From: an uncultured delta proteobacterium
GTDB lineage: Bacteria; Myxococcota_A; Polyangia; Polyangiales; Houyiibacteriaceae
Direction of reading: 5' to 3'
Assembly (NCBI GenBank): GCA_963699755.1
Contig: CAVOVB010000001.1
Coordinates: forward strand, 448,001-512,000
DNA length: 64,000 nucleotides
Each line of letters begins with the position of its first letter. Position 1 is the first letter of the stretch. A program made the position numbers and the translations under genes. Of the stretch, positions 53,288 through 61,733 are shown one piece after another. Below the pieces are notes generated by a model. The model did no database searches. It worked only from the letters and a program-made list of their open reading frames with translations, and was not told the origin of the DNA.

Positions 53288-53550
53288 GGAGACCAGGGCC
53301 TCCAAGGTGTCCGGAGGGTCTCCGGTGAGGTAACTTGCTGGAATAACTTGCTTTTGTACTTGCCACCCAAAGCGCCACCGGAGACTACGGAGACGTTGCG
53401 GGGTTGTAAACTCTACATGGTTTTCTCTCTCGTGCGTGAGTGCTAACTGAGCAAAGGTATCCGTAGTCTCCGGTCAGAACAGAAACTGCTGCGTTTTGCG
53501 CCCTAAAAGTACCGGATACCTTGCCTCCAGGGGTCTCCGTAGGTCTCCGG
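53288..53550. repeat. Iteron-like putative replication origin
   Basis: Multiple CGGA(G/T)AC units in both orientations; 15-bp inverted repeat 53377-53391/53460-53474 around a lower-GC spacer. Confidence 0.65.
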
Positions 53551-54025
53551 GAATTGACCATACATATCCATTACCGCTGTAGAGGTCGCACTAGGAGTGC
53601 ACGGGTAGGTAACACCAACCGTTTTCCACGCCTGGCACCTCTCGCGCTTGGGTAAGGAGGGAGCGACAGTGACCGGCAAGTGGCTCTATAGGCCAACCGT
53701 CACCGTCTCGACGGCGCTGTGATTGCGGATACTTAGCGCTCAGCTTCCGGCATCTTCCCGCCGACTGTCACGCCAGTGTCCCCTCGAGAGCAAAAGTGGC
53801 CATACACGACCCCCACGGTGCCATAGGTAACCCCTGCTCGGAGCGGCCGGCCGAGCCCTCTGCGGTCCGCAAAATTCTCAGTCCTAGATTTCGACTTGGA
53901 ACAATTGCACAGAATTTTGCAGCGCGTAGGCCCAAAGTAAGCTGCATATTCCCAGGGAGTGCTATACTCGAGCCATCGGTGTGGTGGTCACCTCCCCACG
54001 CCCGGGCCCTGGGTCGGTCCGTCAT

Positions 54026-54346
54026 TCAGCCGACCTGGGGCGCCTTTCTATTCGCGCAGTAGCAACTCCGGCAGCGCTGAGACCGGCCCTGGACGATGTC
54101 GTTCAAGTAGCGGGCGTAGACGTTGCCGCAGCTGACGCAGAAGACCTCGATGGTGGTCAGCTTGTCCCAGGCGTTCTTGCGGTAGGGCTCGGAGACGACC
54201 TCCCAGCCCGTGACCCGGCCGTACTTGTCGACGATGCGTTCACCGAAGCGGATGGTTCGCCAGTTGCGAGCTCGGCGCTGATGCTTGCTCGGTGTGCGCT
54301 CTACGCCCTTCCAGAGCCACCGTACGGCCATGCTCGAGCCTACCAT
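54026..54346 (-). CDS. Small zinc-ribbon phage-type protein
   Basis: CVSCGN...G.S.RCRSC. Confidence 0.5.
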   Translation of the reverse strand: MVGSSMAVRWLWKGVERTPSKHQRRARNWRTIRFGERIVDKYGRVTGWEVVSEPYRKNAWDKLTTIEVFCVSCGNVYARYLNDIVQGRSQRCRSCYCANRKAPQVG

Positions 54347-54550
54347 GGCTCCGGCATCATCTCAGCCTTGAAATAGCCTCAAATGGCGCTGTACGGGCTT
54401 GCAGTCCCTGTTATAGTAGCGGCAGGCTGGTTTTGATATCCCTGGCCGAGCTCGAGCCGCTTTGGTTTCATGGGGCGGCTCGAGCGACTGATGACCCCGA
54501 GCAGTGCTTCTCGCTTGTCGCTGCTCGTGGGCCATCGCTAACCCCGACCG

Positions 54551-54811
54551 ATGTGCAGTCACTTCTCGGCTTTCTGGCATCAGACTGAGCTCACGCGGAA
54601 AGAGCAGGAGAACAACCACGGCTCGATTAGCGGGCACTCCAAGGGGCTGAGTGTCATCGGTTCGCCGGGTCCAAAGTTCGTGCGGCTCGAGCGCTATTGG
54701 AAACGCGAACCGAAGGACGCAGGGCCGTGTCCGCATTGCGGCGAACCCGATCGGTGGAAGTGCTGGTCCAAGACGAGGAGACTCGAGCTCTTCGGAATGG
54801 GTCGTCGATGA
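54551..54811 (+). CDS. Small hypothetical protein with CxxC
   Basis: CPHCG; ATGA overlap with a short hydrophobic ORF at 54808-54912. Confidence 0.35.
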   Translation: MCSHFSAFWHQTELTRKEQENNHGSISGHSKGLSVIGSPGPKFVRLERYWKREPKDAGPCPHCGEPDRWKCWSKTRRLELFGMGRR

Positions 54812-54929
54812 ACGACGGGGACGAGGCAGGTGACGCGCTCCGACTGCTGGCGGTCCTGTTGTGGTGGGCGGCTGCGATTGCGGCAGCGTTCGCGACTGCT
54901 CTGCTCTGGTGAGCTCGAGCGCTGAGCAT

Positions 54930-54982
54930 AAAAATGCCCTCGACGGCTCCCAGGAGAAGCAACCGTCGAGGGCTTTGCGTTT
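54930..54982. terminator. Probable bidirectional intrinsic terminator
   Basis: aaaaat-gccctcgacgg...ccgtcgagggc-tttgcgttt between convergent units. Confidence 0.6.
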
Positions 54983-55182
54983 CGACGCCGTTAGGATCGC
55001 ACAGCGGCGTGCTCAGTCAACCGTCGCGAATGGGGAGCGATGCGCCTACCCGGGGAAAGGAGGCTAACCCTGGCAGGCGGTCGCTCGTAACTGCTGAACG
55101 GAAAAGCGACAACGTGAGCGCACTTCCGGAAAAATTCGTCGCTCGAGGATGCGCTGTAAGGCCCGCAAATGTTTTCCAGGTC

Positions 55183-55413
55183 CTAGGCATCGTCCGAATT
55201 CCGAGGCGCTGAGAACTCGTCGGCCAAACCAATCGCAATCACCGAACCGACGACTTTCCAGCACACGCGACGGTCGCCGACCTCGAGCTCGCAGAGACGC
55301 TTGTCCCCGGACTCGAAGTCGGCGCGCTCCACCACGAGGCGAAACACATCCATCCGGTCGAGTGCGTCGAGCGCCTTGATACCGGGGGAGAGCCGCGCCT
55401 TGATGTCACTCAT
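55183..55413 (-). CDS. Hypothetical protein
   Basis: ATGA-coupled last gene of the leftward operon. Confidence 0.5.
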   Translation of the reverse strand: MSDIKARLSPGIKALDALDRMDVFRLVVERADFESGDKRLCELEVGDRRVCWKVVGSVIAIGLADEFSAPRNSDDA

Positions 55414-56453
55414 GGCTGCGCTCGCTGACGCTTCCACTCAAGGAACTCGGCCTGCTCGCGTTGCCATTCGCGGTAGAGGTCCCATCCGACGCGGTTTTCG
55501 TGCATGGACTGAAGCGCGGCGGTGCCGCTCTCGGCCGTGGCGCAGGAATAAAGGTGGTACGGGCCATCCGTTTCGAGTCGGGGGTCATCGAGCCAAACCA
55601 AGACGAGCGGCTCGTCTCGCCCGTATGCGTCCCTGTTGCGCACCTCGATCTGTTTCAGCGTGGCGACCCTGCCGTTGGCGTAAGAGCGTCCGTAGTCCGG
55701 CACAACGGCGCCGACGCGAAGTTCCGCAGCGCTGAACCTGTAGCTGATGTCGTTCGGCAGCCCGTGGACCAGTAACCCTTCCGCGATGACACTGTGTCCA
55801 CGCCAGTTGCCGAGCGGCATAGAGGCGATGCGGCGCTCCATGTCTGGGTCCATCGACGGCGGGTCGTTGAGACCCGTGCCCCACTGGGTGTAGACCGCAT
55901 CGAGGTTCGCTCGGCGGTATTGGTGGCAATCCTTCCTGCGCGGGTTCGGGTAGTGCTCGACTCTCGTCTGGTTCCAGTGGGCAATCGTGACCTCGATAGG
56001 CGGCTCGTCCTCGTACTGCCCCGGGAGCGGTCGCCAGTAGGCATAGAACCCGCCACACGGCTTTCTCGTTCCGAGCAACTCGGACTTGACCGCGTGTGCT
56101 TCGTAGACCGGGCTGTGCCGGATCTTGCGCCCCTTCACACGTTCGCCAATCTCGAGGAAGTGCGGGTGCTTCTGCGTGCCACCCGAGTCGATGTGGACAC
56201 CGCCCGTCTGCGTGCGCGGCTTCGCTCTTGGGTAGAAGCTGCTCGCCGCGACCACGTCACCCGGCTTGATTGGATCTTCATCCTCGGCAAGCCAGCCAAG
56301 CTCGCGACAGGCGCTCTCCCAGTTCCCGAACTCATCTCGGCCGACCTTGCCGAGAACCCGAGTTTCCCACTCGTCATCCGCATCGTGCTGTATCTTTTGA
56401 ACCACCTGCCCGGTCGGGTTCAGCACGCAGACGTAATGTCGTTGCATTACCAT
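55410..56453 (-). CDS. Hypothetical protein
   Basis: Long ORF in the tightly packed leftward operon. Confidence 0.6.
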   Translation of the reverse strand: MVMQRHYVCVLNPTGQVVQKIQHDADDEWETRVLGKVGRDEFGNWESACRELGWLAEDEDPIKPGDVVAASSFYPRAKPRTQTGGVHIDSGGTQKHPHFLEIGERVKGRKIRHSPVYEAHAVKSELLGTRKPCGGFYAYWRPLPGQYEDEPPIEVTIAHWNQTRVEHYPNPRRKDCHQYRRANLDAVYTQWGTGLNDPPSMDPDMERRIASMPLGNWRGHSVIAEGLLVHGLPNDISYRFSAAELRVGAVVPDYGRSYANGRVATLKQIEVRNRDAYGRDEPLVLVWLDDPRLETDGPYHLYSCATAESGTAALQSMHENRVGWDLYREWQREQAEFLEWKRQRAQP

Positions 56454-56455
56454 CT

Positions 56456-56671
56456 TCAAATACCTTTCCGGGCCGCCGGCGTGCGCACGTAGGTGGGGTC
56501 CCACTTGCCTACCACCAACGAACCTTCGTAGTCGCCGTCCTCGGTGCCAAACCAGACTTCATGCACGCCGTCTTGAATTGGGTCTATGTGGGTGACGACC
56601 ACTAGGCCGCCCTGTTCATGGAAGAAAACATCGTCTTCCTTCAACTCGTACAGCTTCTTTTCCATTTTCAC
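56456..56671 (-). CDS. Small beta-rich hypothetical protein
   Basis: AAGGAG ribosome-binding site; operon position. Confidence 0.55.
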   Translation of the reverse strand: MKMEKKLYELKEDDVFFHEQGGLVVVTHIDPIQDGVHEVWFGTEDGDYEGSLVVGKWDPTYVRTPAARKGI

Positions 56672-56733
56672 TCCTTTCCGAACCCGGCCGCCGCAGAGGC
56701 ACCATTGCCTCCACGACGGCGAGCTCTGTTACA

Positions 56734-57129
56734 TCAAAACGGAATGCTGTCCTCGTCGGCGAGAACGTGCGCTCCGGCCGGTGCCGGCTTCGGCGCCCGG
56801 CTCCGCACCCTAATGGCGCTCTTGAGCTCACTGCCCACTGCCACCTCGGCCTTGAAGAGCGCGACGCTTTGGCCCTTCCACGCCTCCGGCTCACCTGAGC
56901 CGATGAGCGCCTTGATGGTCCTCACGTTGGTCTTATTCAGAACCCAGCGGGTCGGGCCGCCCGGCACCAACGGCGCCGCCAACTTCACGACCGGCTTCTT
57001 CTGAGAAGTCCCGTCCCGTTGGTCGAGCATCTCGACGCCGACCGACTCGATGACTGCGACGACGTCGCCGGAGTCCGGCAAGTCGACCGAGCTGATGAAT
57101 TTTCGTTCGAATGTGCTTTCAATGTCCAT
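56734..57129 (-). CDS. Putative phage-type single-stranded DNA-binding protein
   Basis: Beta-rich body with LNKTN, Pro/Ala linker, acidic tail DEDSIPF. Confidence 0.6.
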   Translation of the reverse strand: MDIESTFERKFISSVDLPDSGDVVAVIESVGVEMLDQRDGTSQKKPVVKLAAPLVPGGPTRWVLNKTNVRTIKALIGSGEPEAWKGQSVALFKAEVAVGSELKSAIRVRSRAPKPAPAGAHVLADEDSIPF

Positions 57130-57160
57130 TTTCAGTTTCCCTGTCAGTTGAGTTTCAATT

Positions 57161-57376
57161 TCAGCCGGATGATTCCGGCAGAGTCTTGACGCGGCTCACG
57201 AGGTCGACCTCGACGCTCGAATCGAACGTGCGAGACCGGACCTCGCGGCCGTCTTCGTAAATGACCTCGACGTCTCCCGCGTCGGTGACGACGGCGTCCA
57301 TCGCCGCGCAGCACTCGACGAGCTCGTAATCGAAGACGAACCGGTCGCCGGTGCGGAGCCGGGCAATCATCATCAC
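57161..57376 (-). CDS. Small beta-rich hypothetical protein
   Basis: Overlap-coupled to the upstream gene. Confidence 0.5.
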   Translation of the reverse strand: MMMIARLRTGDRFVFDYELVECCAAMDAVVTDAGDVEVIYEDGREVRSRTFDSSVEVDLVSRVKTLPESSG

Positions 57377-58404
57377 TCGATCTCCTCTTGAAGCTGGTCG
57401 ATGAGTTCGCTCACGCGCTGCATCGGCTCTTCGATGTCGTCCTGGCGCTCTGCCCAGATGTCAGCGTCGATGTGCTCTGCGATGGCAGCTCGGATGATGT
57501 CGCGCAGAGCAATCTCATTGGTGGCAGTGAGCGCATTCAACTCCACCATGTCTGGTCCGTACCGGTCGATGTACTCTTGAATTTTGCTGTTCTGCCCCTT
57601 CTGCTGCGCGCTGAGGCTGCGTCCGGTGTGCATCTTGTCGTAAGCGCTTTCCATCGGGAGGTTGCGCTCCCTGGCTTGCTCCAGCGTGATGGCGACTCTG
57701 GTCACCGAGTCGACCTCGGCAACGTCGCGCACCCACCGGGCATCCATCCCAACGCCCTGCATGTCGTGGTCGCCCGCATAGAGGACGACGGGCTCCTGAC
57801 CCCCGTCACGCACCCGACGACACCAGTGCCCCACGTTCAGCTTCTGCCGGATGGACGCGTCACCCCCGGTGCAGAGAAAGTCGGTGCGCGTGCGGCCGCA
57901 GGCGTTTTCAACGATGCTGCGCAAGCCCAGCTTCTCGCAAAGGACGAGGGCTCGCACGGCCTGCCCTTCCCAGGGGTCCAGTCTCAGTTGCGGGATGCTG
58001 TGCGCCCAGTCGTCCACATCGTCGTGGAAGCTCCACCCCCGGATATCGTGGTCGCCGTCATCGTCGAGCAGGTCTGGGTCGAAGGCGTCGGGTCCACGGT
58101 CTCCAGCAAGCCACTTTTTCCGAGCTGTGATGAGAGTGTTTACAACCCATGTGCCCCAGAGCACCTGTTTCTTCGTGCCGTCCGGGTTCTCGGTTTTGTA
58201 GTCCGGCTCGATGAAGCTCCAGGGTTTGTCGCGGAGGTAGTAGTAGCAGTCGCGCACGCCGGGCGGCCCCAGAACGCGAGCTTCGCTGTAGTCTCTCACC
58301 CACTGGAGAAACTGCCGCCGCTCCTCGTCGGTGACTTGGATGACGAGTTTGCCTTTCTGGATAACCAGAATTTCGTCCTGCGGACGTGGCGTGACGGGGG
58401 TCAT
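57373..58404 (-). CDS. Topo VI subunit A / Spo11-like (Mini-A-type) protein
   Basis: VRDCYY winged-helix motif, LCEK, GGDAS, YAGDHDMQG (DxD), RVAITLEQ, VELNAL. Confidence 0.7.
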   Translation of the reverse strand: MTPVTPRPQDEILVIQKGKLVIQVTDEERRQFLQWVRDYSEARVLGPPGVRDCYYYLRDKPWSFIEPDYKTENPDGTKKQVLWGTWVVNTLITARKKWLAGDRGPDAFDPDLLDDDGDHDIRGWSFHDDVDDWAHSIPQLRLDPWEGQAVRALVLCEKLGLRSIVENACGRTRTDFLCTGGDASIRQKLNVGHWCRRVRDGGQEPVVLYAGDHDMQGVGMDARWVRDVAEVDSVTRVAITLEQARERNLPMESAYDKMHTGRSLSAQQKGQNSKIQEYIDRYGPDMVELNALTATNEIALRDIIRAAIAEHIDADIWAERQDDIEEPMQRVSELIDQLQEEIE

Positions 58405-58925
58405 GACAGCACCTCGCCTCGAATTCGTTCCCGGACTCGCGCCGTTGCGCCGGGGGCGAGTTTCCACATGGGCGGCACTGCGACCGGGCTCGGGTCGTAG
58501 AAAATGGCCGTGTCGCCCTCGGCCCACGAGAGCCCTCGGCACATCAGTCCCGGCGGCACAACGATGCCGCGCTGCGGTCGACTCATCTGTCCCGAGGAGC
58601 AGTCAATCGTCCAGCCCTTGCTGCGAACCACAAGATGACCGTGGAGCCCCGGCGACTGGTCCGGCATGTCGTGGCGAACAGCAACGGTCCACGCATCGTC
58701 CGGCATCGGGTCGACGGGCTCGGGGGACGTCTGCACCCACTCGCACCACGCACGATTCGCGGCGGTGCAATCCATGACCGCGAGCGAGGCTGGGATTCCG
58801 TGTTCGCGCAGCACCTCGAAGGCGTGGTAGCTGGCCGGAATGCAAACATCCTGTTGTGCGTATTCCTCGACCACGATTCCGGGAAGCCGCTCAACGATTC
58901 GGCTGTACAGCTCGCTGCGCCTCAT
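58401..58925 (-). CDS. Transglutaminase/papain-fold protein
   Basis: DVCIPAS...HGHLVV...TIDCS gives Cys-His-Asp order and spacing. Confidence 0.55.
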   Translation of the reverse strand: MRRSELYSRIVERLPGIVVEEYAQQDVCIPASYHAFEVLREHGIPASLAVMDCTAANRAWCEWVQTSPEPVDPMPDDAWTVAVRHDMPDQSPGLHGHLVVRSKGWTIDCSSGQMSRPQRGIVVPPGLMCRGLSWAEGDTAIFYDPSPVAVPPMWKLAPGATARVRERIRGEVLS

Positions 58926-59272
58926 GACAGCCGCCCCATCCACTCCGCCCATTCGGACATCCGGCTCGCGAGTATCTCCAGATGCAAGGCCATGAGTCCT
59001 CGCATCGAGCCCGGTCGCTGACCTTCTTCGTCCCACGGCAGAATCCGCTCGAAGAAATCCGCGAGCTGTCGTTCGTTCTCTTCCGTCTGATCGCGAACCA
59101 GCGTGCTCCACTTGTCGCAGAACTGTTCAATGCGCTCTGGCCGTGAGAGCCACGCCAAGCGAGCGGCGCACCGCGGGCAGTGTTCGTTGAACGGCATCTC
59201 CCATGCCCGGCGACGGCCCTCGACAGAGCAGCGCTCGCAGCCAGGCAGCTCCCTCGGATACCGGCGACTCAT
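58922..59272 (-). CDS. Hypothetical protein with two CxxC motifs
   Basis: CERC, CPRC; ATGA coupling on both sides. Confidence 0.55.
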   Translation of the reverse strand: MSRRYPRELPGCERCSVEGRRRAWEMPFNEHCPRCAARLAWLSRPERIEQFCDKWSTLVRDQTEENERQLADFFERILPWDEEGQRPGSMRGLMALHLEILASRMSEWAEWMGRLS

Positions 59273-59484
59273 GACGCCCGCCTCAGCTGAGCGCGGACCC
59301 ATCGGCCAGCGAACCGGAGCTCGAACTCGACCCATTCGCCGAGACCAGCGACCCGCCTGCGGGCCTCGAAGAACCTCTCGGCGTCCTCGCGATACCGGAA
59401 CGGCCGGACCGCCATCGTGCCGTGAATCGGATTGTGGACGACCACTCGCCACGGCGCCTCGCTCGCAACCCCTTGCTTTCTCAT
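59269..59484 (-). CDS. Hypothetical protein, first gene of the leftward operon
   Basis: AAGGAGG ribosome-binding site, ATGA coupling. Confidence 0.55.
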   Translation of the reverse strand: MRKQGVASEAPWRVVVHNPIHGTMAVRPFRYREDAERFFEARRRVAGLGEWVEFELRFAGRWVRAQLRRAS

Positions 59485-59635
59485 GCCTCCTTGCCTTTCT
59501 GCGCCCTGGCCCGGGGCCTCAGCGCAATCCCAGAATAGACCCATGTCCTCCTTTGTCAACCTAACGGGTGGACAAGTACGGCGGTGCGCGCTACGGTGTT
59601 GGCTATGGACGGCGAATTGCGCGACACTGGGGCCC

Positions 59636-60052
59636 ATGGCGGGGAAGAAGACCTCCATCTATCTGACCGACGAGGACTCGGCGCGGCTGGATGCGGTGCA
59701 CGAGGCGATGCGGACGGCTCCGAACCTCCGGCAGTTCGATCTGAAGTGGAGCGACACGCTTCGACTTCTCTTGCGCCAAGCGCTCCAAGTGGCCGAGCTC
59801 GAGTACCTGCACAAAATTCCCGAGGACGCCGACGCAGAGGAGTGGCTCGATGCGCTCAAGGAAGAGCATCGGAAGCAGTCCGCGATTTTGCGAGCCCTTG
59901 TCGACGAGGGCTGGGCGGAATCGAAGCTGACGACGGGTGGACGGCGCTGGCTTTCGAAGGACGGCCGGGTCTCATTGGAGCCGCAGCCGGAGGCGCTCCC
60001 AAAGAAGCGCCGCTCAACAAAGAAGGATCCGAAGAAGAACGACCGGGAGTGA
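59636..60052 (+). CDS. Ribbon-helix-helix regulator
   Basis: KTSIYLTDEDSARLD...WSDTLRLLLRQAL. Confidence 0.6.
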   Translation: MAGKKTSIYLTDEDSARLDAVHEAMRTAPNLRQFDLKWSDTLRLLLRQALQVAELEYLHKIPEDADAEEWLDALKEEHRKQSAILRALVDEGWAESKLTTGGRRWLSKDGRVSLEPQPEALPKKRRSTKKDPKKNDRE

Positions 60053-60080
60053 CGGCGTCGCTCCTTGATAGGAGCAACGT

Positions 60081-60314
60081 ATGAACGGACACGAAACGAA
60101 CCCCCAGGTCGCCTTCCGGGCACCGCGCACGCTGATCAGGCGGCTCGACCGTCTCAGCAAGGCGCTTCAGAAGAGCGAGGGAATTCCCGCAAGGCGAAGC
60201 GTCGTCATTCGACGTGCCGTGCTGGCAGGTCTGCCGCACCTCGAGGACGAAGCGCTCAGTCTGCTCACCGACGAGCTCGGCCGTCACCCCGACGTTGACG
60301 AGGTGTCGCCGTGA
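60081..60314 (+). CDS. Ribbon-helix-helix (CopG/Arc-like) regulator
   Basis: VAFRAPRTLIRRLD...RSVVIRRAV; AGGAG ribosome-binding site. Confidence 0.65.
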   Translation: MNGHETNPQVAFRAPRTLIRRLDRLSKALQKSEGIPARRSVVIRRAVLAGLPHLEDEALSLLTDELGRHPDVDEVSP

Positions 60315-60715
60315 TCAAGCTAACCAAGTGCGAGCCACGCACCACCCGAGACGGATTCGCGCCCACCAACCGCGAGGCGCCCAGCAACAAAACTTACGAA
60401 AGAAAAAGTATGACCATCGAACAACGGCGAGACGCCGACATCGTGCGCCAATGCGGGGAAACCACCGCCATCAAGAAACAGTACATGGACGCGCAAGAGC
60501 AACGCACGATCGACGCAGCAGTAGGAAAAGTCCGGGCTGCTATCAAGAGCCTGGAGGCGAGGATCGACGCCCTCGAAGCACGGCAGGCGAAAGCACGGCA
60601 GGACGCACGCCTCGGACCACTCAGGGCTTACTTCAGCCGACCCGTGAAAGCCTACGAGCTCGACGAAACAGCGAGCCTACTCCGCCGTTACCCCATTTTT
60701 GGAGATCGACCATGA
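60311..60715 (+). CDS. Hypothetical coiled-coil protein
   Basis: GTGA and ATGA coupling. Confidence 0.5.
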   Translation: MIKLTKCEPRTTRDGFAPTNREAPSNKTYERKSMTIEQRRDADIVRQCGETTAIKKQYMDAQEQRTIDAAVGKVRAAIKSLEARIDALEARQAKARQDARLGPLRAYFSRPVKAYELDETASLLRRYPIFGDRP

Positions 60716-61410
60716 GCCATTTGTATACACAGCCGCGAACGCCCGAAGAGGACATGGAGCTCCGGCTCCGTGATCTCGAGGAACACGACTACGCACTGCT
60801 TCGAGCGGCCAAAGCGGCGGGTGCCCGCGTCGTGACCCGGGCTGGCATGTACGTGATTCTCAACCCCGAGGTGATGGGTCTCGAAGCTCCCGCCCCGGAC
60901 GACGAGCAACCCACGTTCCGGCTGCCCCAGATCCATAGGCGCGACGTGTACCTTCCCCTGGAAGACCGAACGCTGACCGCGAGGGCCTTCACCGATCCAT
61001 GCCGCAAGACGCCGAAGAAAGCGATCGAGTTCATGGCCAAGTGCACGCGGACTCCGGTCCTGCCGAGATTCACCGCGGTGCGGACGAACGATCATCTCGC
61101 CGTTGGCGCGACCGAGCCCCTGGCACTCGACGCGCTGGGTGCAACTCCAGGCGACACGGTTCAAGCGCTGCTCATCGACTGCGACAGCGAGCGGCTCGCG
61201 ATGCAGATCGCCGAAGAGCAACGCGACGGCCTCCCGTGGTCAGGGGACCTCGAGATCGGTTCGACGGGCCGCTTGCCGTTCGGATGGCACGGACAGCGAT
61301 TGACCCCCGAAGAGATGAGCGCACGCGACCATCAGGTCCGGGTGGACCGCGCTGCCAAGCGGGCACGACGCGACAAAGTCATCCGTCAAATGCAGAGGGA
61401 GCCGCTGTGA
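60712..61410 (+). CDS. Hypothetical protein
   Basis: GGAG ribosome-binding site, coupled on both sides. Confidence 0.55.
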   Translation: MSHLYTQPRTPEEDMELRLRDLEEHDYALLRAAKAAGARVVTRAGMYVILNPEVMGLEAPAPDDEQPTFRLPQIHRRDVYLPLEDRTLTARAFTDPCRKTPKKAIEFMAKCTRTPVLPRFTAVRTNDHLAVGATEPLALDALGATPGDTVQALLIDCDSERLAMQIAEEQRDGLPWSGDLEIGSTGRLPFGWHGQRLTPEEMSARDHQVRVDRAAKRARRDKVIRQMQREPL

Positions 61411-61733
61411 CTGACGAGCGGCGATACGGAGGATGGAAGGACGTGGCCAACTACTTCGGCATCGGCCGAGAGTCCGCCTACGACCTGTGCAGGGCCCATT
61501 CCTGGGCGGAGAAGCACGCCGGTAAGTGGCTGGTGAATCTCGCTCGGATGCGCGAGTGGGGCGATTTTGGAAGGCATGGAGTGTGGCAAAACGAGTCTAC
61601 AAGCGGGGAAGTGTCTGGTGGGGCGACTTCCGTGCTCTCGGCGGGAAGCAAGAGTCGCTTGGCGTCACGAGCAAGGCGTCGGCCCTCGTCAGATACAATG
61701 AGCGCGAGCTGGCGCTCAGTGAACGCCGACTAG
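61407..61733 (+). CDS. Excisionase-like HTH protein overlapping the integrase start
   Basis: GWKDVANYFGIGRESAYDL...GKWLV. Confidence 0.65.
   Translation: MTDERRYGGWKDVANYFGIGRESAYDLCRAHSWAEKHAGKWLVNLARMREWGDFGRHGVWQNESTSGEVSGGATSVLSAGSKSRLASRARRRPSSDTMSASWRSVNAD

Noticed and set aside
57373..58404. Wadjet JetD defence nuclease
   Set aside because: No jetABC/SMC genes nearby, and the RxxYY motif fits Topo VI-A-like proteins better.
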